Shown piece after piece: positions 30,754-38,685 of a stretch of DNA of 64,000 bases. The position numbers were made by a program, and so were the translations under genes. This DNA comes from Alphaproteobacteria bacterium (lineage in GTDB: Bacteria; Pseudomonadota; Alphaproteobacteria; RF32; CAG-239). The stretch is from contig JAFUBQ010000004.1 in NCBI GenBank assembly GCA_017460085.1, positions 39,991 to 103,990 on the forward strand, given 5' to 3'. Position 1 is the first letter of the stretch; each line of letters begins with the position of its first letter. The notes beneath the pieces were generated by a model. The model did not search any database, was not told where the DNA came from, and saw nothing but the letters and a program-made list of their open reading frames with translations.

Positions 30754-32133
30754 ATGTTTGAAAGTTTAACAAATCGGCTCAGCCAAGCTTTTGCGAAGAT
30801 TACATCACGCGGTGTTCTCTCGGAAAGCGATATTGACAACGCAATGCGCGAAATTCGTGTAGCATTGCTGGAAGCTGATGTTTCGCTTTCAGTGGTTAAA
30901 GATTTTATTGCCAATGTTAAAGCTGAGGCATTGGGCGAAAAAGTTGTTAAGTCGGTTCAGCCGGGGCAAATGGTTATCAAAATTGTTCATGATGAACTGG
31001 TTAAATTATTAGGTGCCGAAAATACGGAACTTAATTTTAATGCACCGGCGCCGGTGGTGTTTTTGCTTGTCGGTTTACAAGGCTCAGGTAAAACAACGAC
31101 GGCGGCTAAAATTGCTAAAAAATTACAAAAAAACAAACGAATTTTACTGGCTTCGCTTGATGTTTATCGTCCGGCGGCGCAAGAACAATTAGCCCAGCTG
31201 GGCCAACAAATTCATGTTGATGTGTTGCCGGTTATTGCCGGTCAAAAACCGCTGGAAATTACCAAACGAGCCTTAGAGGCAGCTAAAAACGGCGTTTATG
31301 ATTTATTGATTTTGGATTCGGCCGGCCGCTTGCAAATTGATGAAAACTTAATGCAAGAAGCGGCTGAGGTTAAAAAATTGGCAAATCCAACTGAAACATT
31401 GCTGGTGGCAGATGCTCTTATAGGTCAAGAAGCATGCAATGTGGCTAAAGAATTCAATGAAAAAATCGGTATCAGCGGCTTGGTTTTAACCCGTATGGAC
31501 GGAACCTCACGTGCCGGTGCGGCACTCTCGATGAAAATGGTATCAGGCGCGGCAATTAAGTTTTTAGGTGTTGGCGAAAAACTTGATGACATTGAAGAAT
31601 TTCATGCTGACCGTGTTGCCGGCCGCATTTTAGGACAAGGCGATGTTGTCAGCTTGGTTGAAAAAGCCATGGAAAATGTTGACCAAGCCGAAGCAGCCGC
31701 CATGGCAAACAAAATGATGAAAGGTTCATTTGATTTGAACGATATGCTAAATCAAATGCAACAGATGAAAAAATTAGGCAGTATCGGCAGCATTATCGGA
31801 ATGTTGCCGGGGCTGTCAAAATTTCAGGCGCAAATTGAAGAATCCGGTGTGGGCGATAAAATGATAAAACAACAGGAAGCAATTATCTTTTCAATGACCA
31901 AAGAAGAGCGTGCTCACCCTGACATTATCAAAGCCTCGCGTAAAAGAAGAATTGCAATCGGCGCCGGTGTAGAAGTTCATGATGTTAATGTTTTGCTTAA
32001 GTCATATGAGCAAATGGCATCAATGATGAAAAAAATGGGCAAATTCGGCGGTTTAGCGTCGATGGCCAAATTATTGAAAAACAATCCGTTTGGACGAATG
32101 CCCGGCGGAATGAAAAACAAGTTTCCGTTTTAG
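30754..32133 (+). CDS. ffh: Signal recognition particle protein Ffh
   Basis: 'GLQGSGKTTTAAKIA' and 'DTAGR'-like 'DSAGRL' motifs, plus a methionine-rich M domain. Confidence 0.95.
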   Translation: MFESLTNRLSQAFAKITSRGVLSESDIDNAMREIRVALLEADVSLSVVKDFIANVKAEALGEKVVKSVQPGQMVIKIVHDELVKLLGAENTELNFNAPAPVVFLLVGLQGSGKTTTAAKIAKKLQKNKRILLASLDVYRPAAQEQLAQLGQQIHVDVLPVIAGQKPLEITKRALEAAKNGVYDLLILDSAGRLQIDENLMQEAAEVKKLANPTETLLVADALIGQEACNVAKEFNEKIGISGLVLTRMDGTSRAGAALSMKMVSGAAIKFLGVGEKLDDIEEFHADRVAGRILGQGDVVSLVEKAMENVDQAEAAAMANKMMKGSFDLNDMLNQMQQMKKLGSIGSIIGMLPGLSKFQAQIEESGVGDKMIKQQEAIIFSMTKEERAHPDIIKASRKRRIAIGAGVEVHDVNVLLKSYEQMASMMKKMGKFGGLASMAKLLKNNPFGRMPGGMKNKFPF

Positions 32134-32173
32134 GAAATAAACTAAATAACTTTGAATGAAAGGAAAATAAAAA

Positions 32174-32554
32174 ATGGCAGTACGTATCAGACTATCTCGC
32201 GGTGGTTCTAAAAAACGTCCTTATTATCATATTGTTGCAGCCGATGCCAGAGCACCGCGCGACGGTAGATATATTGAAAAATTGGGAGCATACAATCCGT
32301 TGTTGCCTCAAGATAATGAAAACAGAATTGTGGTTGACAAAGAAAAAGTTGCCGCTTGGTTATCCAAAGGCGCTCAGCCAACCGACAGATTGCAAAAAAT
32401 CTTTGCAAACTTAGGTTTATGCGCAGCTCCGGCAATGGTTGAACAACCTAAAAAGTCAGCTCCGAAAGCTAAGGCTTTGGAAAGATTGAAAGAAAAAGAA
32501 GCAAAAGCTGCCGCTGCTGCTGAACCGGCTGCAGAAGAAGCTACTGCTGAATAA
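32174..32554 (+). CDS. rpsP: 30S ribosomal protein S16 with Ala/Lys-rich C-terminal extension
   Basis: '[21 protein letters not shown]'. The ffh-rpsP-rimM-trmD-rplS operon is conserved. Confidence 0.9.
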   Translation: MAVRIRLSRGGSKKRPYYHIVAADARAPRDGRYIEKLGAYNPLLPQDNENRIVVDKEKVAAWLSKGAQPTDRLQKIFANLGLCAAPAMVEQPKKSAPKAKALERLKEKEAKAAAAAEPAAEEATAE

Positions 32555-32607
32555 TTTTCAGTAACGTAAGAATTAAGTTGTTATTTTGAGTCTGAAAAAA
32601 AAGGACT

Positions 32608-33144
32608 TTGATGATGAACGATAGAATTTGTATTGGTAAAATTGTTGCCGCACACGGTATTAGGGGAGAGGTTAAGGTGCAAAGCCAAACCAAAATTCCG
32701 ACAGATGTGGATAAATTCGGTGAAGTTGAAACCAAAGATGCAACACGTCGTTTCAGCATTAAAGTTTTAGGCACAATTTCTAGTAATGTGCGGGTAAAAA
32801 TAAAAGGTGTGGAAACGCGCAACGAAGCCGAAGCTTTAATCGGCACCGAGCTGTATGTTTCGCGCAACGCGCTGCCGAAATTGGCGGAAGATGAATTTTA
32901 TAAAGGTGACATTGTCGGCTTAAAAGTTTGTCTTAAAACACCCGAACAAATCATCGGTAAGGTGGTTGGTTTTGCCAACTACGGCGCCGGAGAAATTATT
33001 GAAATTAAGCTAAACGGGCAAAAAGAAACCGAACTTTTGCCGTTTACCGAGAGTTATGTGCCGACAATTAACATTGCGGACGGTTATATTATCGTTTCAT
33101 CGGCAAGCATGGTGTTTGCCGCAGAAGATGATGAGGATAATTAA
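32608..33144 (+). CDS. rimM: Ribosome maturation factor RimM
   Basis: 'IGKIVAAHGIRGEVKV' N-terminal motif and a PRC barrel at the C-terminus. Confidence 0.85.
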   Translation: MMMNDRICIGKIVAAHGIRGEVKVQSQTKIPTDVDKFGEVETKDATRRFSIKVLGTISSNVRVKIKGVETRNEAEALIGTELYVSRNALPKLAEDEFYKGDIVGLKVCLKTPEQIIGKVVGFANYGAGEIIEIKLNGQKETELLPFTESYVPTINIADGYIIVSSASMVFAAEDDEDN

Positions 33145-33147
33145 AAG

Positions 33148-33828
33148 ATGAGTTTGCACGCTACAATTTTAACGATATTTCCGGAAATTTTTCCTGGGTT
33201 TTTAGGAACTTCCTTAACCGGAAAAGCGTTAAAAGAAGGCCTTTGGTCGCTTAAAGCCGTTAACATTCGCGATTATGCGTTTGATAAACACGGCTCGGTG
33301 GACGATACACCTTGCGGCGGCGGTGCCGGAATGATTATGCGGCCCGATGTTTTGGGTGCGGCGATTGAACATAATCACCACGGCGGCAAAATTATCTATA
33401 TGAGTCCCAAAGGCATGCCTTTAACACAAGCTAAAGTGCATGAACTGAGCAAAGCCGATGAACTAACAATCATTTGCGGTCGGTTTGAAGGTATTGATGA
33501 ACGCGTGTTGGAAGAATATGACATTGAAGAAATCAGTATCGGCGACTATGTGCTGACCGGCGGTGAACAAGCCGCTATGATTATGCTTGATGCAATTGTG
33601 CGCTTGCTTCCGGGGGTTTTAGGAAATGCCGCATCAACCGAAAACGAGAGTTTTGAGCAAAATTTGCTTGAATATCCGCAATATACACGCCCTATTGAAT
33701 GGAAAGGCCGCAAAGTGCCGGAAATTTTATTGAGCGGACATCATGAAAACGTTGCCAAATGGCAAAGGCAGCAGGCTCTTCAAATAACGCAAAAACGCCG
33801 ACCGGATTTATTGAGAAAAAATACTTGA
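33148..33828 (+). CDS. trmD: tRNA (guanine37-N1)-methyltransferase
   Basis: 'ILTIFPE', '[11 protein letters not shown]' and 'PQYTRP' TrmD motifs. Confidence 0.9.
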   Translation: MSLHATILTIFPEIFPGFLGTSLTGKALKEGLWSLKAVNIRDYAFDKHGSVDDTPCGGGAGMIMRPDVLGAAIEHNHHGGKIIYMSPKGMPLTQAKVHELSKADELTIICGRFEGIDERVLEEYDIEEISIGDYVLTGGEQAAMIMLDAIVRLLPGVLGNAASTENESFEQNLLEYPQYTRPIEWKGRKVPEILLSGHHENVAKWQRQQALQITQKRRPDLLRKNT

Positions 33829-33884
33829 TTTACAATAAATTCTGTTGTATAGGAATAACAAAATTAAATGTAAAGGTTAAAAAA

Positions 33885-34286
33885 ATGAACATTATTGAAA
33901 ATATTGAAAAAGAGCAAATTGAAAAATTGATGGAAGGCAAAAATATGCCGATTTTTAAGCCGGGTGATACATTGCGTGTTCATACCAAAGTTAAAGAAGG
34001 TGACCGTGAACGTATTCAGGTTTATGAAGGTGTTTGCATTGCCCGTAAAAATGACGGTTTAAATTCATCTTTCACCGTGCGTAAAATTTCGTTTGGTGAA
34101 GGTGTTGAACGTGTATTCCCGTTATATTCACCGAATGTTGCTAAAATTGAAGTATCGCGTATCGGTAAGGTTCGCCGTGCTAAGTTATATTTCTTACGCG
34201 CTTTGCGTGGCCGCTCAGCTCGTATTGCCGACGATTTGTCTGTATCGGTTAAAGATGCAAACAGCGGTGTTTTAACTAAAAAATAA
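33885..34286 (+). CDS. rplS: 50S ribosomal protein L19
   Basis: '[27 protein letters not shown]'. Start chosen at 'MNIIEN' after the RBS 'aaaggttaaaaaa'; the ORF track's extended N-terminus from 33759 is probably not translated. Confidence 0.9.
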   Translation: MNIIENIEKEQIEKLMEGKNMPIFKPGDTLRVHTKVKEGDRERIQVYEGVCIARKNDGLNSSFTVRKISFGEGVERVFPLYSPNVAKIEVSRIGKVRRAKLYFLRALRGRSARIADDLSVSVKDANSGVLTKK

Positions 34287-34321
34287 TTTAGCATAAAATT
34301 CAATAACAAAAAGCGCCTTCA

Positions 34322-34352
34322 AACGAAGGCGCTTAATTTTATGTTGTCAAAG
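34322..34352. terminator. Terminator hairpin after rplS (shared convergent region)
   Basis: 'aagcgccttcaaacgaaggcgctt' stem-loop followed by an A/T run. Confidence 0.55.
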
Positions 34353-35426
34353 CAATTTCTGCAACGACAATTCTGCTGATGAATCTATCACCGCCTTAAT
34401 ACGCGGACTAGCCAGCACCTCTGCTTTTTCATTGCTGAAAATAAGGTGCACAATGCCGGCATAATCGCGCATATTTTTTGTGGCGCGTGAAAGAAAGCTA
34501 AAAATAGCATCTTCAGCCATTTTATGCCCGCTGGCATAAAAAACTTCAATTTCTTCTTGCGTCATCATCAATTTTTGCGCCTCTGCACAAATTTTCGATG
34601 TTTTTCGGCAAAATTGCAGCCATTCTGTCTTGTCGGCCTTTTTCGCAACTTTGCACTGGCTGTAGATTTCCAGCCAAGAACTTACCATGCGCGCAAGTTC
34701 GTCTTTTTTCCCGATAATTTCTTCAATCATATCGGCAGGCAGACCGTTTTTGATGATTTGCTGTTTAAGAATTTTCATTCTAAGCCCCTCATCAAAATTA
34801 CCGCTCATTGTCTTAATGAGCATACGGAGCACATCTGCGCTCAAGGTGTTTTGCTGCGCATATGCGCTCAACATAACATACAAATCTTTATTTTGAAGCA
34901 TAAAAGCTATATGCTCCTCATTATAAAGTTTGCTTGCCTTGACAACAGCAAGATGGTCTGCATAATCACTGCTGTGCCAGACATCTTCACAGATGTCAAC
35001 ACCGCGATGACGCAAATGTTTTAAGACTGCCACACCGTCTTTCGCAAGACGGTAATATTTTAGCAAATTTTTCTTGCTGAAACGCTCCGGCGCTTCGTCG
35101 ACGAACCGCCAACGGGCGTGCCACGGCATCAGGCGCACCTCCCATAGGAGCAGCCTCCGCCAAAAAGCGTTAAGACCATTGGTAAGCCAGCCACTATCTG
35201 TGCTATCATACGCAAACAGCATGGCGGCCATCTTTTTTGGCCAAATCATCGCCAATAATGGGAAGATGACTGGGTTAAATACCGCCACCGTCATCACCGG
35301 CATGGCGATACCCCACAACAAAATAACGATGATAACCAAAAAGCAGGCTGCAAAAGCCTCTTTAATAAAATCAAAAACTCTGCCGAGAACGTTCAAAATG
35401 TTCTCCTTGTTGAAAATTGTTGCCAT
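34347..35426 (-). CDS. Hypothetical membrane-anchored protein (359 aa), unknown function; locally elevated GC
   Basis: Two N-terminal TM helices then a soluble domain with no recognisable motif. GC and third-position G/C look higher than in neighbouring genes. A 400-bp AT-rich leader lies upstream. Confidence 0.6.
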   Translation of the reverse strand: MATIFNKENILNVLGRVFDFIKEAFAACFLVIIVILLWGIAMPVMTVAVFNPVIFPLLAMIWPKKMAAMLFAYDSTDSGWLTNGLNAFWRRLLLWEVRLMPWHARWRFVDEAPERFSKKNLLKYYRLAKDGVAVLKHLRHRGVDICEDVWHSSDYADHLAVVKASKLYNEEHIAFMLQNKDLYVMLSAYAQQNTLSADVLRMLIKTMSGNFDEGLRMKILKQQIIKNGLPADMIEEIIGKKDELARMVSSWLEIYSQCKVAKKADKTEWLQFCRKTSKICAEAQKLMMTQEEIEVFYASGHKMAEDAIFSFLSRATKNMRDYAGIVHLIFSNEKAEVLASPRIKAVIDSSAELSLQKLL

Positions 35427-35757
35427 AGTTGTAAAATTTTAATGGCGTCTTCACCCTTCAATGAAGATAAATTTATGACAATGTTTGGAAGGCATTACCG
35501 CTGTAATTCAAACACGACACATTTCAATTTGCCAAATTTTCAGCTATATGTAACAATCATCTTTCAAGCTCAGGCCCAATTGACAACCGATAATTCATAA
35601 CTTAATAATTCAACACAATTTCAATATGCAGCCATAGAATATGTCAAATTAGAAAATTTGTCAACAAAAAATATTTTGCTATTTATAAGATTTTTATTGC
35701 GAAAACAGAATATTTTTATTATATTTAACAGATTGATTTTCCAACAGAAACACCGAA

Positions 35758-35775
35758 ATGTTTCACGTGAAACAT
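35758..35775. promoter_or_regulatory. Perfect 18-bp palindrome ATGTTTCACGTGAAACAT (CACGTG core), candidate operator
   Basis: Exact self-reverse-complement. It lies in the long leader of the 359-aa gene, just past the pepF terminator. Confidence 0.3.
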
Positions 35776-35798
35776 GCATAAAATTTGCAAATATAATA

Positions 35799-35830
35799 AA
35801 AAAAGCGGGAAAACTCCCGCTCTTTTTCTA
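35799..35830. terminator. Bidirectional terminator at the 3' end of pepF
   Basis: 'agcgggaaaactcccgct' hairpin flanked by A7 and T5 runs. Confidence 0.6.
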
Positions 35831-37639
35831 TAGTAAGCCCTCAGACTTTGCCAACTTTTCAATCTCATCAATGTAGTCAGTGATGAGCGAAAGACCATTG
35901 GCCCAAAAATCCGGTGACTCAGCATCAATGCCAAACGGTTCCAGCAAACTCTTGAAGTCTTCAACGCCGGTGTTCGACAGCATGTCAATATACAGGTCAT
36001 CAAAATCTTCCTGAATCTGGAACTCGCCGTTCTCGTCCCATTTATCATAGGCCTTAATCAGGTTATTAACAACCAGCCCTGCAAAAGCGTATGAATAAAC
36101 GTAGTACGGCATACCGAAGATGTGCGAAATGCCCATCCACATACACTCGGCATCTTTACCGATATCGAAGCCCAAGCATCTTGAGTTCTCCTCGCGCCAA
36201 ATTTGGTTCAAGCGCTCGGTTGAAAGCTCGCCCTTCTTGCGTTCTCTATGGGTTCGCTCCTCAAACTTGTAGAACGCCACCTGCCGATGGATAGAGCTAA
36301 TCATATCCTGAACCCTATCAATAAGCAACGCCAGTTTTTCGCGATTATTGGCCGCTTCAGCCATCTGTTTTTTGAAAATCAGGTTCTCGGCAAACTCGGA
36401 AGCCACCTCAGAAAGTGCGGTTGGCGTCGAGTCGTTCAAAACTCCGACCTGCGCAGCCAAAATGTTATGCACGGCATGACAAAGCTCATGAGCAAAGGTG
36501 CGCACATCATCTTGCGAACCGGTAAAGTTCAGCAAAATGTAGGGCACTTCTCCACGAACACAATAGGCACCGCTCACCTTGCCTTGGCGCGGCGGAACAT
36601 CGATTGTTCCGCAATTAATGATGTCGGCGGCATAAGTCAAATAGTCGAGTGAAAACTCGGCATATCCTTCCAACACCTGCTGCACGCATTCCGGCCAAGT
36701 TATCTTCTTTAAAGTAACCTCAATTGGGTTGTAACAGCGGTCGGCATAGCCTATGCGCTCAACACCTCTCAGCTTTGCCAACAGGGCGTAGAAACGCTGA
36801 GTGATAGGGATATACGAATCCACCACCTCATTCACCATCGCCAGCAAATCTTCTTTGCTGATATGGTTGGCCTGCAAGCTGTCTGTCACCGGTTCGTCCA
36901 TGCCATAAAGCTCATCATCAACGCTCTTATCCTTCAAAATCATGTTGTAACACATGGTGAAGACGTGAGCATTCTCACGATAAACCTTATTCATCTCAGC
37001 CAAAGCGCGCTGACGGGTTGCGGCATCGCTTGCGTGCATCTTTTTGCCGATTTCCGCCTCATTATAGGTTTTGCCATTGAGGCGAAATTTCAGCTTGGCG
37101 CATGTTTCATCATACAACCGGTCCCACGATGACGAAACGAGAGACTTCTTGTTGATGATAAAGGTTACGCCCTCGGTTAGCGCCCAATATCCTGAGAATA
37201 AGCTCTGCAGCCACGGAATCCAGCGCTGCAACTTGGGGTGGTTGAGGAACTGGTACATCTTCCACTCCGGCAAAGCGTTCAGCTCAAAATGAATAAAGCC
37301 GAGTCCCTCAAAAACGCGGGAAACTTCCTCCTTTATTTTAGACTGGAAGCGCGATGCTTCTTCGTTTGTCTTGTGCGTATCCGAATATAGAAACGCAAAG
37401 TAAGAAAGCTTCCGCGAAAGCTCAATCAGTGTTTCGTATTTCCTTAGCAAAATGCTGAGTTCATACGGTTCAAGCTCCCAAATTGTGTCGCGATAAAGCG
37501 AAATTTCTTTCGCCAGTTTCTTTAGATCTTTCTTATCGCTCTCAATCTGCTCATCATCAAGGCCTGTGTAATAGGCAGCCGATAAATCCCATGCAGGCAG
37601 AATGTTTGCCTTCTGGGCTTCAATTTTTACTCTTGCCAT
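35828..37639 (-). CDS. pepF: Oligoendopeptidase F (M3B family)
   Basis: 603 aa with 'FAHELCHAVH' HExxH and a downstream Glu in 'LSEVASEF', matching the M3 thimet/PepF signature. GC is locally elevated. Confidence 0.85.
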   Translation of the reverse strand: MARVKIEAQKANILPAWDLSAAYYTGLDDEQIESDKKDLKKLAKEISLYRDTIWELEPYELSILLRKYETLIELSRKLSYFAFLYSDTHKTNEEASRFQSKIKEEVSRVFEGLGFIHFELNALPEWKMYQFLNHPKLQRWIPWLQSLFSGYWALTEGVTFIINKKSLVSSSWDRLYDETCAKLKFRLNGKTYNEAEIGKKMHASDAATRQRALAEMNKVYRENAHVFTMCYNMILKDKSVDDELYGMDEPVTDSLQANHISKEDLLAMVNEVVDSYIPITQRFYALLAKLRGVERIGYADRCYNPIEVTLKKITWPECVQQVLEGYAEFSLDYLTYAADIINCGTIDVPPRQGKVSGAYCVRGEVPYILLNFTGSQDDVRTFAHELCHAVHNILAAQVGVLNDSTPTALSEVASEFAENLIFKKQMAEAANNREKLALLIDRVQDMISSIHRQVAFYKFEERTHRERKKGELSTERLNQIWREENSRCLGFDIGKDAECMWMGISHIFGMPYYVYSYAFAGLVVNNLIKAYDKWDENGEFQIQEDFDDLYIDMLSNTGVEDFKSLLEPFGIDAESPDFWANGLSLITDYIDEIEKLAKSEGLL

Positions 37640-37779
37640 AGCTAATAATTTTAAGGGTCAATAATAATGTTATCTAGCCAAATTCTACAAAATCAAATCA
37701 CCTTTGTCAATGAAAAATATTATTTTTTATGATGAAAAAATATTTTTTAATTTTTTTGCACATTTTATAAAAAAAAATG

Positions 37780-37808
37780 TTGACCTTTATAAAAAAATAG
37801 GTATATAT
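37780..37808 (+). promoter_or_regulatory. Putative sigma-70 promoter for the tRNA-Cys/tRNA-Asn transcript
   Basis: 'TTGACC' -35, a 16-nt spacer and a 'TATATA' -10 lie about 40 nt upstream of tRNA-Cys. Confidence 0.4.
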
Positions 37809-37846
37809 GGTTTCTGTTGAGTGAAATTGGTTCACGGAGCGGATAT

Positions 37847-37921
37847 GGCCGGTTGGCAGAATGGCTTATGCAGAGGATTGCAAATCCTTCTATATCGGTT
37901 CAATTCCGGTACCGGCCTCCA
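37847..37921 (+). tRNA. tRNA-Cys (GCA)
   Basis: Acceptor stem ggccggt/accggcc, the T-arm 'ggttcaattcc', the anticodon loop 'ttGCAaa', and an encoded CCA. Confidence 0.85.
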
Positions 37922-37927
37922 AAATAT

Positions 37928-38002
37928 TCCGACTTAGCTCAGCGGTAGAGCAATCGGCTGTTAACCGATTGGTCGTTGGTTCGAATCCGACAGTCGGAGC
38001 CA
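37928..38002 (+). tRNA. tRNA-Asn (GTT)
   Basis: Acceptor tccgact/agtcgga, D-arm gctc/gagc, anticodon stem atcgg/ccgat with loop 'ctGTTaa', T-arm 'ggttcgaatcc', encoded CCA. Confidence 0.85.
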
Positions 38003-38231
38003 AAACACAAAAAAAGTCGCCCTTGTGGCGGCCTTTTTTGTGTTTTAAATTCCGGTTGAGGGTTCGAAACAACGAAAAGTTGGTTCGACGCCAAGCGAAA
38101 GCCAGACGCAAGTATGGCGGTCGGCAAAGCCGATGAGCGCGAAGGAGGAGCTTTAGCGAAACAATCCGACAGTCGGAGCCAAAACACAAAAAAAGTCGCC
38201 CTTGTGGCGGCCTTTTTTGTGTTTTAAATTC
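37984..38231 (+). repeat. 69-bp direct repeat: tRNA-Asn 3' end (T-arm to CCA) plus its terminator, duplicated 179 bp downstream
   Basis: 37984-38052 is identical to 38163-38231 ('aatccgacagtcggagccaaaacacaaaaaaagtcgcccttgtggcggccttttttgtgttttaaattc'). Confidence 0.85.
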
Positions 38232-38280
38232 AGACACGGGTTCGAACCAACGGTTGTTCAATTCTTTCTGCTACCTACTG

Positions 38281-38574
38281 AAATAAAAAAAACATACCAC
38301 AAGGTATGTTTTTTTATTTTGGAGCGAGTGAGGGGAATCTTCTTGCGCCATTAATGGCGCTTCGGACACTCGGTTGCGTGTTTTTCGCTGCGCGTCGCTT
38401 GCGCTAGCTGGCTCAAAAGCAACCTTCGCCTAAAGCAGAAACAAACAGCATTTGGGCGGTTTGTTTCTGCTTTAGCCCCCGTTAAACGGTGGTTCGATTC
38501 ATTCTGGTAACTGCTTAAATAAAAAAACATACCACAAGGTATGTTTTTTTATTTTGGAGCGAGTGAGGGGAATC
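38281..38574 (-). repeat. ~58-bp direct repeat: tRNA-Gly 3' end plus terminator, duplicated; a GC-rich structured insert lies between the copies
   Basis: 38281-38339 and 38518-38574 are near-identical ('aaataaaaaaa(a)cataccacaaggtatgtttttttattttggagcgagtgaggggaatc'). The first copy is truncated within the T-arm. Confidence 0.85.
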
Positions 38575-38628
38575 GAACCCCCGTTATAAGCTTGGGAAGC
38601 TTCTATTCTACCATTGAATTACACTCGC
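38555..38628 (-). tRNA. tRNA-Gly (CCC)
   Basis: Reverse complement 'gcgagtgtaattcaatggtagaat...agcttCCCaagctt...gggggttcgattcccctcactcgctcca' with acceptor/T-arm pairing and an encoded CCA. Confidence 0.8.
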
Positions 38629-38685
38629 ATTTATATATTTCATCTATTTTGTAGCCTAAAAAAAATTGCAGTGCAAGTATTTTTT

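Noticed and set aside
34347-37639. Considered calling the PepF plus membrane-protein pair a defined defence or toxin system
   Set aside because: PepF (M3B) is a common housekeeping peptidase with intact HExxH...E. No known system pairs it with a partner like this. Only the compositional anomaly and the unknown neighbour are reported, as findings.
37861-38261. ORF-track ORFs 37861..38136 (+), 37890..38261 (-) and 37939..38187 (-) overlapping the tRNA cluster
   Set aside because: They read through tRNA-Cys, tRNA-Asn and terminator repeats. They are artefacts of stop-codon-poor structured RNA sequence, not coding.
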